DNA from: an uncultured virus (IMG/VR IMGVR_UViG_3300006417_000262)
Taxonomy: Duplodnaviria > Heunggongvirae > Uroviricota > Caudoviricetes
Direction: 5' to 3' (one strand)
Length of the DNA stretch: 64,000 bases
IMG/VR virus record: IMGVR_UViG_3300006417_000262
Location: 1-64,000 of that record
Below the pieces are notes generated by a model. It did not search any database. It saw only the letters and a list, made by a program, of their open reading frames with translations, and had not been told where the DNA came from. The position numbers and the translations under genes were made by a program. How positions within the stretch are numbered: the stretch's first letter is position 1; every line of letters begins with the position of its first letter. Below, piece after piece: positions 27,906 to 35,328 of the stretch.

Positions 27906-27932
27906 GTTCAGCCCCAACCCTAATGCGTGTAG
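27906..27932 (+). promoter_or_regulatory. class A motif GTTCAGC-N16-GTAG on the + strand
   Basis: Upstream of 27963; orientation follows the gene. Confidence 0.6.
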
Positions 27933-27962
27933 AGAGTCCCGAACACCACAGGGAGCAACCTC

Positions 27963-28286
27963 ATGACCATCGAACATCCGCACCTCGCCCCTGCCGACTG
28001 GTCGGGGGACGTGTGCATCTACTTCAGCCGGCGGTGGGTCGCCGCGGCCCGCTTGCTCGGCATCCCGTCCGATGGTTGCATCCCCCCGCACTGGTCGCAG
28101 ACCGTGGCCTTCGCGAACGCAGCGGCCCTTTTCCGCATCGCAGATGGTGTGAAGTACCTCATGACCCAGGCGAGGTCCGCCATCCGAAAGCCTCAACACC
28201 TCATGAGCGACGAGGACCGCATCGGCATCTTCCTCGCCCTCGACTGCACGGACGAGTGCGGCCGAAGCCTCCAGAGCGCGCCATGA
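27963..28286 (+). CDS. hypothetical protein
   Basis: 107 aa, GGGAG RBS. Confidence 0.65.
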   Translation: MTIEHPHLAPADWSGDVCIYFSRRWVAAARLLGIPSDGCIPPHWSQTVAFANAAALFRIADGVKYLMTQARSAIRKPQHLMSDEDRIGIFLALDCTDECGRSLQSAP

Positions 28287-28510
28287 GCCATCTTCCTGAG
28301 AAGCTACGCGAGTGGCGCACCGCCAAGGGCTGGAGCTACCGGGACTGCGCAGCCATTGCCGGAGGCTCGCAGAGCACCTGGCACCGATACGAGAACGGCC
28401 GGGAGTGCATTCCCGTGCACAGCCTCGTAGCCCTGTGTGGGGTGGATGATGCCTGTGCCATCCTCAAGGCTGCGTTTTCGGATCGGCCTTCGGAGTCGGT
28501 TCCGAAGTAG
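28283..28510 (+). CDS. XRE/Cro-like HTH transcriptional regulator
   Basis: LREWRTAKGWSYRDCAAIAGGSQSTWHRYENG; ATGA overlap. Confidence 0.8.
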   Translation: MSHLPEKLREWRTAKGWSYRDCAAIAGGSQSTWHRYENGRECIPVHSLVALCGVDDACAILKAAFSDRPSESVPK

Positions 28511-28617
28511 GTCGCTCTGACACGGGATGAGCCTGGCCTTGCACCTGTGCCATTGCGGAGCGGGGCTGGACGATCTTGGTGATGGGCGTCTTGGACATTG
28601 TGGGTTTCCTGAGTCGG

Positions 28618-29046
28618 TCAGTCATGGGGCCTTCTACGCCGTTGGATGGGGAAAGGTCTGGGAGACCCATCATCCCATCCGACGAGGCCCACATCGTCGT
28701 ACGTCGCCGTGATGCCGTATCCGCCAAACAGGATGCGCGCCACACGCTGTTGCTGCATGGTGTCGACGTGACCCGCCCAACCGGCCCCCCACTCGGCTTG
28801 ACCCATGGTGAGGAGGGTCTTGGATAGCCAAATCTCGGGGCGCTCCCACTCGAGAGGGCCGTGCTCAATCACGTAGGGCCACGTGCTGTTGACCTTGATG
28901 ATCTCCTCGTGAATCGCCCGGATGAGGTTCACTTCCGTTGGCACCCACAAGGGGTCGGAGTCGAGTATGCGCCGAATCAGGTCCTTGTGTCGCTTGGGGT
29001 CGATTCGCACCCTCATGTAGAAGACCAGGTCAACACGGTCGGCCAT
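28618..29046 (-). CDS. hypothetical protein
   Basis: MADRVDLVFYM..., GGAG RBS. Confidence 0.55.
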   Translation of the reverse strand: MADRVDLVFYMRVRIDPKRHKDLIRRILDSDPLWVPTEVNLIRAIHEEIIKVNSTWPYVIEHGPLEWERPEIWLSKTLLTMGQAEWGAGWAGHVDTMQQQRVARILFGGYGITATYDDVGLVGWDDGSPRPFPIQRRRRPHD

Positions 29047-29097
29047 GTCCACTCCACGGTTGTGCCCTATACACGGTTGTGGTTCATCGGCGGGCAG

Positions 29098-29124
29098 GTT
29101 CGGGCTAGAACCGCAGCAACGTAG
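29098..29124 (+). promoter_or_regulatory. class A motif variant GTTCGGG-N16-GTAG on the + strand
   Basis: Ends 7 nt upstream of ATG 29132, suggesting a possible leaderless transcript. Confidence 0.55.
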
Positions 29125-29131
29125 ATGGGTC

Positions 29132-29371
29132 ATGCGGCACCTGATCACCAAGCGACTCGACCCCTGGCACAAGCAGACCTATCGCAGGGTGCTGCATGAC
29201 GAGCGCCCAGAGCAGGGTCGGTGTCGTGTCCTCGCGATGAACGGTGAACTGCCCTTCGACCGCGTGGCCTTCGTGTCCGTCCCGTGGTCGGATGAGCGGG
29301 TGCGGGTTGTCTGGGCACTCCTGGAGCATGCCGGTCGGACTACCTCGCTTGGGTGGTTCTTCGTGGCCTAA
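29132..29371 (+). CDS. hypothetical protein
   Basis: MRHLITKRLD..., 79 aa. Confidence 0.5.
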   Translation: MRHLITKRLDPWHKQTYRRVLHDERPEQGRCRVLAMNGELPFDRVAFVSVPWSDERVRVVWALLEHAGRTTSLGWFFVA

Positions 29372-29372
29372 T

Positions 29373-29387
29373 CGCTGATTTGTCTAT
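29373..29387 (+). promoter_or_regulatory. class B motif CGCTGA-N6-TAT
   Basis: Near-identical to the 3355 copy (CGCTGATTTGTCTATG vs CGTTGATCTGTCTATG). Confidence 0.55.
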
Positions 29388-29418
29388 GGTAGTGGAGGGG
29401 CATTACCTGGAGCCAGTC

Positions 29419-29700
29419 GTGGTTGAAGAGCTACTCGCCTTAAATGTAGTGGTTGTCGTGTTGGGGTTCATCACCACCAACATTTTCGCGGCCACTCGCA
29501 AGGACACCCGCCTCGATACGGCCATAGAGTCTATGTCCAGGCTCGAGCAGTCGGCGATGGCCACTTCCAAGATGCTTGACGATGTGCGAACGACACAGGA
29601 AAAGGACCAGCGCATCCGCCACGACCTTCGTGACTATGTGCAGGGGCTTGAGGTTCGCGTGGCGCGTCTGGAAGAGCGGATGCGCGTCACACCACGATGA
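29419..29700 (+). CDS. single-TM coiled-coil protein (holin/XhlA-like architecture)
   Basis: N-terminal TM LLALNVVVVVLGFITTNIF; C-terminal coiled coil LEVRVARLEERM. Confidence 0.55.
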   Translation: MVEELLALNVVVVVLGFITTNIFAATRKDTRLDTAIESMSRLEQSAMATSKMLDDVRTTQEKDQRIRHDLRDYVQGLEVRVARLEERMRVTPR

Positions 29701-30020
29701 AGACAGTTGTCATTCTCGACGACAGCGAGGATGTTCGGGATGAACTCCTGCGGCGGTTCACCATTGCCGGGTGGGTGGTCTACACGGCCAAGAGCTTGCA
29801 TGAGTACCGCCAGCTTGCCCCCATGTTCCCGGTCAACGTCCTAATCGTGGATCTCATGCTTCCTGATGGGAGCGGAAGATCCGTGATAGGACACAGTGGG
29901 CCGCAGGTCATCGTGTTTTCTGGCGACGACACGCCTTTGAAAGGCGTGTTTGCGCAGGTGACGAAGCCGCACAGTCTCGGGGATATCGTGAGGCTAGCCG
30001 AGGCCGCCATCATACGGTGA
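29697..30020 (+). CDS. stand-alone response-regulator receiver (CheY-like) domain
   Basis: VILDD, IVDLMLPDGSG (phospho-Asp), VFSG, TKP. Confidence 0.85.
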   Translation: MKTVVILDDSEDVRDELLRRFTIAGWVVYTAKSLHEYRQLAPMFPVNVLIVDLMLPDGSGRSVIGHSGPQVIVFSGDDTPLKGVFAQVTKPHSLGDIVRLAEAAIIR

Positions 30021-30029
30021 TTTCCTTAT
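30015..30029 (+). promoter_or_regulatory. class B motif CGGTGA-N6-TAT
   Basis: Pattern match about 35 nt upstream of ATG 30064. Confidence 0.5.
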
Positions 30030-30063
30030 GCCTGCGGGTGGTGGAACCCGTGCGGAGCCCGAC

Positions 30064-31146
30064 ATGACCCCAATGGAAGAACTACAGACCGTCGTGTACC
30101 CGGCGATGGCGAAGCTCCTGAAGAGCTTGCCCCAAGCTCATGTGGGATTCGGGCGCAATCGCGAGCCCGTCGTCACGCAGGCTCGGGGGCCCGAGCTGTT
30201 CATGGTCGCCAACTACACGGTGGGCAACATGCTCGGCTATGGCGGGCTCGAGATTGAGATCAAGCCGTACAAGACAGAGGATTGGCGGGGGCAGGAGTAT
30301 CACCTCGAGGTTACGGAGACCGTGTCCAAACGGGATAGCGTGATCACGTTCATCGGCGCAGCGGACAAGCTCGTGTCTAGCAACGCCGCAGACATTCGTA
30401 GGGCGTGGGACCGTGTTGCTGAGCACATCCAGAAGCGCGCCCCCAAGGCGGCATCTCTTCGCGCGCAGGCCATTCGCCTGGCCGCGATCCGGGAAGCCCT
30501 TCGCCCCCACCTCCTGGCCATCCTCGCGTCGGAGAAGTCCGCCGCACAGCACCTACCCATCGGGGAAACCCGCCTCTCGCGCAACAAGGACTTCCGCATC
30601 TACCGCTCTATGTCCTCCGTGACGGTCACCGACCTCGCTGGAGCAGGCAAGCGCGGGAAGACGTGTGCAGAGGCCGTGCTATGGGATATCGACGTCCGTC
30701 AATCCCCGCGGCTAGCCGACGCGGTTGATCGCGTTTGTGCCATTGCCGCGGATGCTTCCTCCTATGAGGATGCAGCGGCACACCTTCGATTCTTCGTAGA
30801 GGACGCAAGCGAAAATTACCCCGACGCGCGAAGGGCTCCGCAGTACCACGAGCGGACGTTGAAGGGGGTGGATGTCACTCCGGCCGACTTCTCCCCCATC
30901 AAGATTGAGACGGGTGAATTCAGCCTCGAGTCGGACTACGACGACTTCACGATCCGAGATAAGCGGGATCGGTGCAACCTGCCCGTGTGCATCCCAGCCA
31001 TCAAGGGCGGCAAGTCGGACATCAAGGTATTCTACCGCTGGGTGTCGGACAACGAGTCACGCATCAAGAACATGACCTATTCCGAAGTCCTCCGGGGCAT
31101 GGGTGATGCGGGCATCCGCTATCACAGCTACTACTCCATGGACTAG
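30064..31146 (+). CDS. hypothetical two-domain protein with an internal LR-x3-IRLAA...KSA motif; candidate virion-packaged protein
   Basis: KAASLRAQAIRLAAIREALRPHLLAILASEKSAA at about 30445-30546; GGAG RBS. Confidence 0.65.
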   Translation: MTPMEELQTVVYPAMAKLLKSLPQAHVGFGRNREPVVTQARGPELFMVANYTVGNMLGYGGLEIEIKPYKTEDWRGQEYHLEVTETVSKRDSVITFIGAADKLVSSNAADIRRAWDRVAEHIQKRAPKAASLRAQAIRLAAIREALRPHLLAILASEKSAAQHLPIGETRLSRNKDFRIYRSMSSVTVTDLAGAGKRGKTCAEAVLWDIDVRQSPRLADAVDRVCAIAADASSYEDAAAHLRFFVEDASENYPDARRAPQYHERTLKGVDVTPADFSPIKIETGEFSLESDYDDFTIRDKRDRCNLPVCIPAIKGGKSDIKVFYRWVSDNESRIKNMTYSEVLRGMGDAGIRYHSYYSMD

Positions 31147-31337
31147 ATCGTGAAGTCCACGATCACCACGCCACCCTCGTTGAGGGGGCTGCGTGGTTCC
31201 GGCATCGGGGGCGGCGGACGCAGGAAAGCGTCGTCGACCTCGACCCGGGGTTGGCGGCTCCAGGAAGCCTCATCTTCACGGGCCTGGTCTTCCTTGAGCT
31301 TGTCGATCATCCAGGGTGCGAGCATCGCGTCCTCCAT
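31143..31337 (-). CDS. small hypothetical protein
   Basis: MEDAMLAPWMIDKLKE...GGVVIVDFTI, downstream of a class A motif. Confidence 0.55.
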   Translation of the reverse strand: MEDAMLAPWMIDKLKEDQAREDEASWSRQPRVEVDDAFLRPPPPMPEPRSPLNEGGVVIVDFTI

Positions 31338-31344
31338 GGTGAGA

Positions 31345-31371
31345 CTACGCACATAGGATACGTCCCTGAAC
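31345..31371 (-). promoter_or_regulatory. class A motif GTTCAGG-N16-GTAG
   Basis: Exact motif. Confidence 0.7.
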
Positions 31372-31390
31372 GAAATCCTGCTTGGTCAAT

Positions 31391-32116
31391 TCAAGGCCGG
31401 TTGCTATTGAGGACGGCCAGGATGTCCTTGAACCGCTTGTGGGACATCTCCTTGAGCTGCTCGGGAGTCACCGGATGCGGGTCGTTTTGCTGCGCCACCC
31501 ACTCCTCGACCGTGCGGGGGCCTTCGGCATCCCCGAGGAAGACGTAGTGCGGGTTGCAGCCAACGAGCTGCCGCACGAGGGCAGGGCTGTGCGATGTGAG
31601 GAACACGGCTTGCAGGAGCGGGGCCGGGTCTCTCCCGATGAAATCCCGGATGACCACGCCAGCCCCGGCAGCGGTCGATCCGCTCATGCCAACGTCTGGC
31701 TCGTCCCAGTAGAGGATGGTTGTGTGCTCGCGCTCCGAGACGGTCTTGATGCCCATCGTGACCGTGTGGGCCGAGTTCCCCCCCGTGGAGTGGTAGGACT
31801 CGCTCCCGTAGATCATGGAACTCAATGACCCGCTCGCAGTCCGGGACTGCATGGAGAGAGCCACCATCTCTCCTACGGGATGCGACCCCTTCTTGTAGCC
31901 GTCGTCACCCTTGCCCGTCATCACTCGAATGAGGCGACGGAAGAGGCTCTTGCCGCCTGCGTTCTCTCCCAACACCAGGACGAGCTTAGACTCGCCCTGG
32001 CTCGGCGTGTAGATGGAGGGGATGGCCGTGCGTCCATCAATCGCCTTGGACGGCACAAATAGGTCCGTCTTCAAGGTGTCCGTGATGAGGCCCGTGACGT
32101 TGATGCGCTTCTTCAT
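31391..32116 (-). CDS. ABC-type (AAA_21/SMC-like) P-loop ATPase
   Basis: LGENAGGKS (Walker A), STGG (signature-like), LYWDEPDVGMS (Walker B/D-loop), LTSHS (H-loop). Confidence 0.8.
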   Translation of the reverse strand: MKKRINVTGLITDTLKTDLFVPSKAIDGRTAIPSIYTPSQGESKLVLVLGENAGGKSLFRRLIRVMTGKGDDGYKKGSHPVGEMVALSMQSRTASGSLSSMIYGSESYHSTGGNSAHTVTMGIKTVSEREHTTILYWDEPDVGMSGSTAAGAGVVIRDFIGRDPAPLLQAVFLTSHSPALVRQLVGCNPHYVFLGDAEGPRTVEEWVAQQNDPHPVTPEQLKEMSHKRFKDILAVLNSNRP

Positions 32117-32124
32117 GGGGACGC

Positions 32125-32151
32125 CTACGCCACCACACCCCAATCCTGAAC
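32125..32151 (-). promoter_or_regulatory. class A motif GTTCAGG-N16-GTAG
   Basis: Overlaps the G of the upstream TAG. Confidence 0.7.
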
Positions 32152-32557
32152 TACAGGAGAGGGTGCTTTGGCTGGCCAGCGGCGACCTTCGCCAGCTCCT
32201 CGTACCAGCGGAGGGGGCCTTCGCCTTCTTCCCACTGCAGGGCCGGCGTGTACTTGAGGCCCCCACCGGGGCCCTCGACGACCAGGCCCGCTTTTACGAG
32301 GTTCTGGTAGCACCGCCACGCGGGGCTCTTCTTGTTGTAGCGGGCACACATGGTGCGACCAGTGGCTACGCCCTCGGAGAGGACGAACCAGGCAACCCTG
32401 GCCCCCCACATGTNNNNNNNNNNNNNNNNNNNNNNNNNNNNNNNNNNNNGGCAACCCTGGCCCCCCACATGTCCATGTCTCGGCCCTTGGCGTAGGTGTC
32501 GGCTTGGACTCGGCGAAGGCGAAGTTGATCGATGCTGCTAGCGGGATTGGTGCTCAT
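32151..32557 (-). CDS. hypothetical protein interrupted by an assembly gap
   Basis: Collapsing the N gap and the duplicated 23-mer gives one in-frame 115-aa ORF (MSTNPASS...MWGARVAWFVL...KHPLL). Confidence 0.6.
32414..32449. other. 36-N scaffold gap flanked by an identical 23-mer (32391-32413 and 32450-32472)
   Basis: GGCAACCCTGGCCCCCCACATGT on both sides of the gap. Confidence 0.95.
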
Positions 32558-32607
32558 TGGGTTCTCCAGAGGATGGGTGGGGGTGGATACCGTACCTACA
32601 CGGTGGG

Positions 32608-32964
32608 CTACCATTCTCGCCCCCTACGGCCAGTGTTGTAGCCCCGGTCACTGCTGTAGCTGACAGGCGCCGAGTCGCGACCCCGACGCTCACCCCCGCC
32701 TGCATGAGGCCGTGACTCGGCGATGGAGACCCGCATGGCTCGCCCATTGAGGTTTTGGCCATCCATTGCCTCTAGGGCCTTCTCCGCGTCAGCCGCAGAC
32801 GCGAAGGTGACGAACCCGAACCCGCGAGATTGCCCCGTCTCTCGATCCGTGACGAGCTTCACTTCATGGATGTCCCCGAAAGACTCGAAGACCTGCCACA
32901 AGTCTTGGTCACCCACACTCCAGGCGAGATTTCCTACGAACAGCTTGCTGCCTACCACTTTCAC
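32608..32964 (-). CDS. RRM (RNP-1) RNA-binding protein with a Gly/Arg-rich tail
   Basis: KLFVGNL (RNP2), RGFGFVTF (RNP1), LNGRAMRVSIA. Confidence 0.92.
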   Translation of the reverse strand: MKVVGSKLFVGNLAWSVGDQDLWQVFESFGDIHEVKLVTDRETGQSRGFGFVTFASAADAEKALEAMDGQNLNGRAMRVSIAESRPHAGGGERRGRDSAPVSYSSDRGYNTGRRGREW

Positions 32965-33127
32965 TCCTGTCTCGCAGAAGAAGCTACGAGAGTCGACCCC
33001 CACTACTCAATTTCTCGTGCAGAACCAATTCGCCCGGCTAAGTTTCCCCAGAGTTTGGTTTTTTTGCCTCGTAGTGGTTTTCTTGCAGAAGTTCTTGTAA
33101 TTTGCTATGTTCTGTGTGGAGGTGTTC

Positions 33128-33325
33128 ATGCAAGCAGTCGAGCAATGGCTCTGCGCACGCAACCTTCCACAAAGCCCACCGGATACGGGGGCGATGCTGG
33201 AGGGGGAGGCACTGCATTACGCCGTGGCGACTTTCCTTCGGCGTCCTCGTGACGTGCCCGATGAAGTCGTGATCTCGCTGGCCGAGGGGTTGTTCGTCAA
33301 GGTCTGCCACCCTATCGCTGACTGA
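33128..33325 (+). CDS. hypothetical protein
   Basis: GGAGGT RBS before the ATG; overlaps the tail of the convergent ORF. Confidence 0.4.
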   Translation: MQAVEQWLCARNLPQSPPDTGAMLEGEALHYAVATFLRRPRDVPDEVVISLAEGLFVKVCHPIAD

Positions 33326-33864
33326 GCCGTCGCTTCGTCCAACGTCCAGATGCGGTCGGGGCTGAGGGCTGCCCACTCCTCGGGGAGAAGTTGGCGTGGC
33401 CCCGCCAACCCCCCGCCGTAGATGGCCATCGTGTTCCGTGTGTGCGGGATGTGGCCGAGTACCTCTCGGGATGACAGGTAGGTGAACAGGCGCTCGTTTC
33501 CACACGCCCCCCCGTTCAAGTTCGAGCCCACGTAGACGACAACCCGACTTCGTTTCAGAAGGTCGACCAGGCCAGGGATGTGCCCGTGGTTGATGGGCCA
33601 CGAGAGGTAGGCCACGTCGATTCCATCGGCCGGAGCCTCGACGAACTGGAAGTATTCTTTGACGAAGCGGACCCCCGTAACCGAAGCCTTGCTTGTGATC
33701 CCCCACTTGTCGACCGCAACGACTCGTGCAGCACCATGGCGCAGGAGCATCTTCGAGTGCCACAAGTCTCCAGCCCCCAAGTCCCATACCTCCTTGCCCC
33801 GAACATGAGGCTCCAGTGTTGACTCCATCTCGGGGGTCACGGTGCCGTACATGGGCCCGCTCAT
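33217..33864 (-). CDS. class I SAM-dependent methyltransferase-like protein
   Basis: VWDLGAG (motif I), VVAVDK (motif II), YLSWP; ATGA overlap with the HAD gene. Confidence 0.65.
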   Translation of the reverse strand: MSGPMYGTVTPEMESTLEPHVRGKEVWDLGAGDLWHSKMLLRHGAARVVAVDKWGITSKASVTGVRFVKEYFQFVEAPADGIDVAYLSWPINHGHIPGLVDLLKRSRVVVYVGSNLNGGACGNERLFTYLSSREVLGHIPHTRNTMAIYGGGLAGPRQLLPEEWAALSPDRIWTLDEATAQSAIGWQTLTNNPSASEITTSSGTSRGRRRKVATA

Positions 33865-34358
33865 CCAGACACTCCAAGGAGACGAATCGCCTCCTCGACA
33901 TGCGCCTCTTGCAACCCACCTGTAAAGGACGAAGGTCGGTCGGAAAGCTGTGGGTGGCCCTCCACCACCTGATCGTCGAGGATAAGGTAGTGGGTCACTG
34001 CGGGATGGTTCGCCAACCAGGCCGCAACCTCGTGTGCGCGGGTCTTCCCATCCAGATGCGGTGTCGACCCGATGACCAGGTCTCGGTAGGCCCGACGATC
34101 CATCCCCGCATCGATGAAGGCACGCTTGAGGGCCGTGGACTGCGCGTTGTTGCGTCGCCAGTCGCTCGACACCACGATCTTCGCTCCCGTCGCCTCCACG
34201 ATGCGGAGCACCCGACGCACGCAGTCCAGGTCGACCGTCGCTGCATACGCGAAGACCGAGTGCCAAGGCTCTCCAGGGATTCGGTTGTGGATCGTGCCCT
34301 CGTGGACAAGGACGCCACCCACATCAAGGAAGATCACAGGGCTTGACGATGGTTCCAT
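33861..34358 (-). CDS. HAD-superfamily phosphatase (Swiss-Army-Knife RNA-repair-like HAD)
   Basis: VIFLDVGGVL, IVVSSDWR, IGSTP, R..EV..WL..HP, YLILDD, GL. Confidence 0.75.
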   Translation of the reverse strand: MEPSSSPVIFLDVGGVLVHEGTIHNRIPGEPWHSVFAYAATVDLDCVRRVLRIVEATGAKIVVSSDWRRNNAQSTALKRAFIDAGMDRRAYRDLVIGSTPHLDGKTRAHEVAAWLANHPAVTHYLILDDQVVEGHPQLSDRPSSFTGGLQEAHVEEAIRLLGVSG

Positions 34359-34366
34359 GCACCCAC

Positions 34367-34392
34367 CTACACGCCTGCAGGATGCCCTGAAG
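34367..34392 (-). promoter_or_regulatory. class A motif variant CTTCAGG-N15-GTAG
   Basis: First element of the minus-strand block, back-to-back with a class B motif. Confidence 0.5.
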
Positions 34393-34401
34393 CTGCGCGG
34401 C

Positions 34402-34416
34402 CAATGAATCCCCTAT
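34402..34416 (+). promoter_or_regulatory. class B motif CAATGA-N6-TAT
   Basis: Upstream of the tail tube gene. Confidence 0.5.
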
Positions 34417-34473
34417 AGCCCGCGAAGATGCGAAGGGGATGCACAGCACCCCACCCACCCAAGGGAGCTTCGC

Positions 34474-35241
34474 ATGCCAAACCAGGACCGTAACCCGCAG
34501 AACGGAAACCAGGGCACCTCCTTCCTCTACAACCAGGGGACAAGCCCGAACACGCGCGTTGCTGTGAGCCAGAAGGTGCGTCTCCTGGCTCCGGCCTATG
34601 GGGCCAGCTCGGCCCTCCATCAGATCGGCGTCCTCTCGAGCTTCAACCCGCAGGAAAGCCGCACCATCGATCCGGTTCGCGGAATCGGCTACGGCGACAT
34701 CATCGCTGAGCTGGTGCCCGGCGTCACCGACCCCCGCACGGCTTCCGTCGAACGCGCCCTCCTCTACCTCGCCAACTTGTGGCAGGCCACGGGCTACGCC
34801 GCTGGCATCGACGGCCCCGTCCGCTCCCTGCGCCATCACCGGTGGCCCTTCGACGTGGAGCAGCAGCTCGTGTTCTCCACCCTCGCCGACAACGACCTTG
34901 ATGCGGCGGGCTCCGGGTTCAGTGGCACCAGCGGCGCATACAACGGTGGCGTCAAGGCCATCTCCTACCCAGCCGTCACCCCCGTCCCAGACGGTGGCCC
35001 CTCGACCGGTGGACACACCGCCATCATCACACTCAATGAAGCGTGCTGGTGGAACGATTGGTCGGCCACCTTCGCTGCCGACTCGGGCATCATCATGGAG
35101 TCCGGGGCGATGACGATCACGGACGTCCACGACTTCGCCAGTGTCTACGGTGAGTTCCTTTCCACCGGAAATGACCCCACCATCGGCCAGCTTGGCTCTG
35201 CCCGCTACGGTGGTGGCTTGACCGGCGGCGGTGGCTTCTAG
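34474..35241 (+). CDS. probable tail tube protein
   Basis: 255 aa with very high GC3; IG..SSFNP.ESR.IDPVRGIG...ELVPG...ER..LY...PFDV...EACW; precedes the chaperones and tape measure. Confidence 0.7.
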   Translation: MPNQDRNPQNGNQGTSFLYNQGTSPNTRVAVSQKVRLLAPAYGASSALHQIGVLSSFNPQESRTIDPVRGIGYGDIIAELVPGVTDPRTASVERALLYLANLWQATGYAAGIDGPVRSLRHHRWPFDVEQQLVFSTLADNDLDAAGSGFSGTSGAYNGGVKAISYPAVTPVPDGGPSTGGHTAIITLNEACWWNDWSATFAADSGIIMESGAMTITDVHDFASVYGEFLSTGNDPTIGQLGSARYGGGLTGGGGF

Positions 35242-35263
35242 TCGTCGCAGGTAGCGTAAAAAC

Positions 35264-35297
35264 GAGGACTGTCACTGCGTCAACAGTGACAGTCCTC
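35264..35297. terminator. perfect 14-bp stem-loop between the tube gene and the endonuclease gene
   Basis: GAGGACTGTCACTG-CGTCAA-CAGTGACAGTCCTC, preceded by AAAAAC, which reads as a U tract on the minus strand. Confidence 0.65.
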
Positions 35298-35328
35298 TAA
35301 CAAGCCAAACCTGGACAAGAGGTTCAAC

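Noticed and set aside
17055..32151. GTTCAGG elements as integron attC sites
   Set aside because: They do not match GTTRRRY, have no RYYYAAC inverse core or palindrome, and no integrase is in the window. The fixed spacing to GTAG fits a promoter better.
32391..32472. 23-bp direct repeat around an N run, resembling a target-site duplication or CRISPR repeat-spacer
   Set aside because: The spacer is all N. Collapsing the overlap restores an in-frame 115-aa ORF, so it is most likely a scaffolding artefact.
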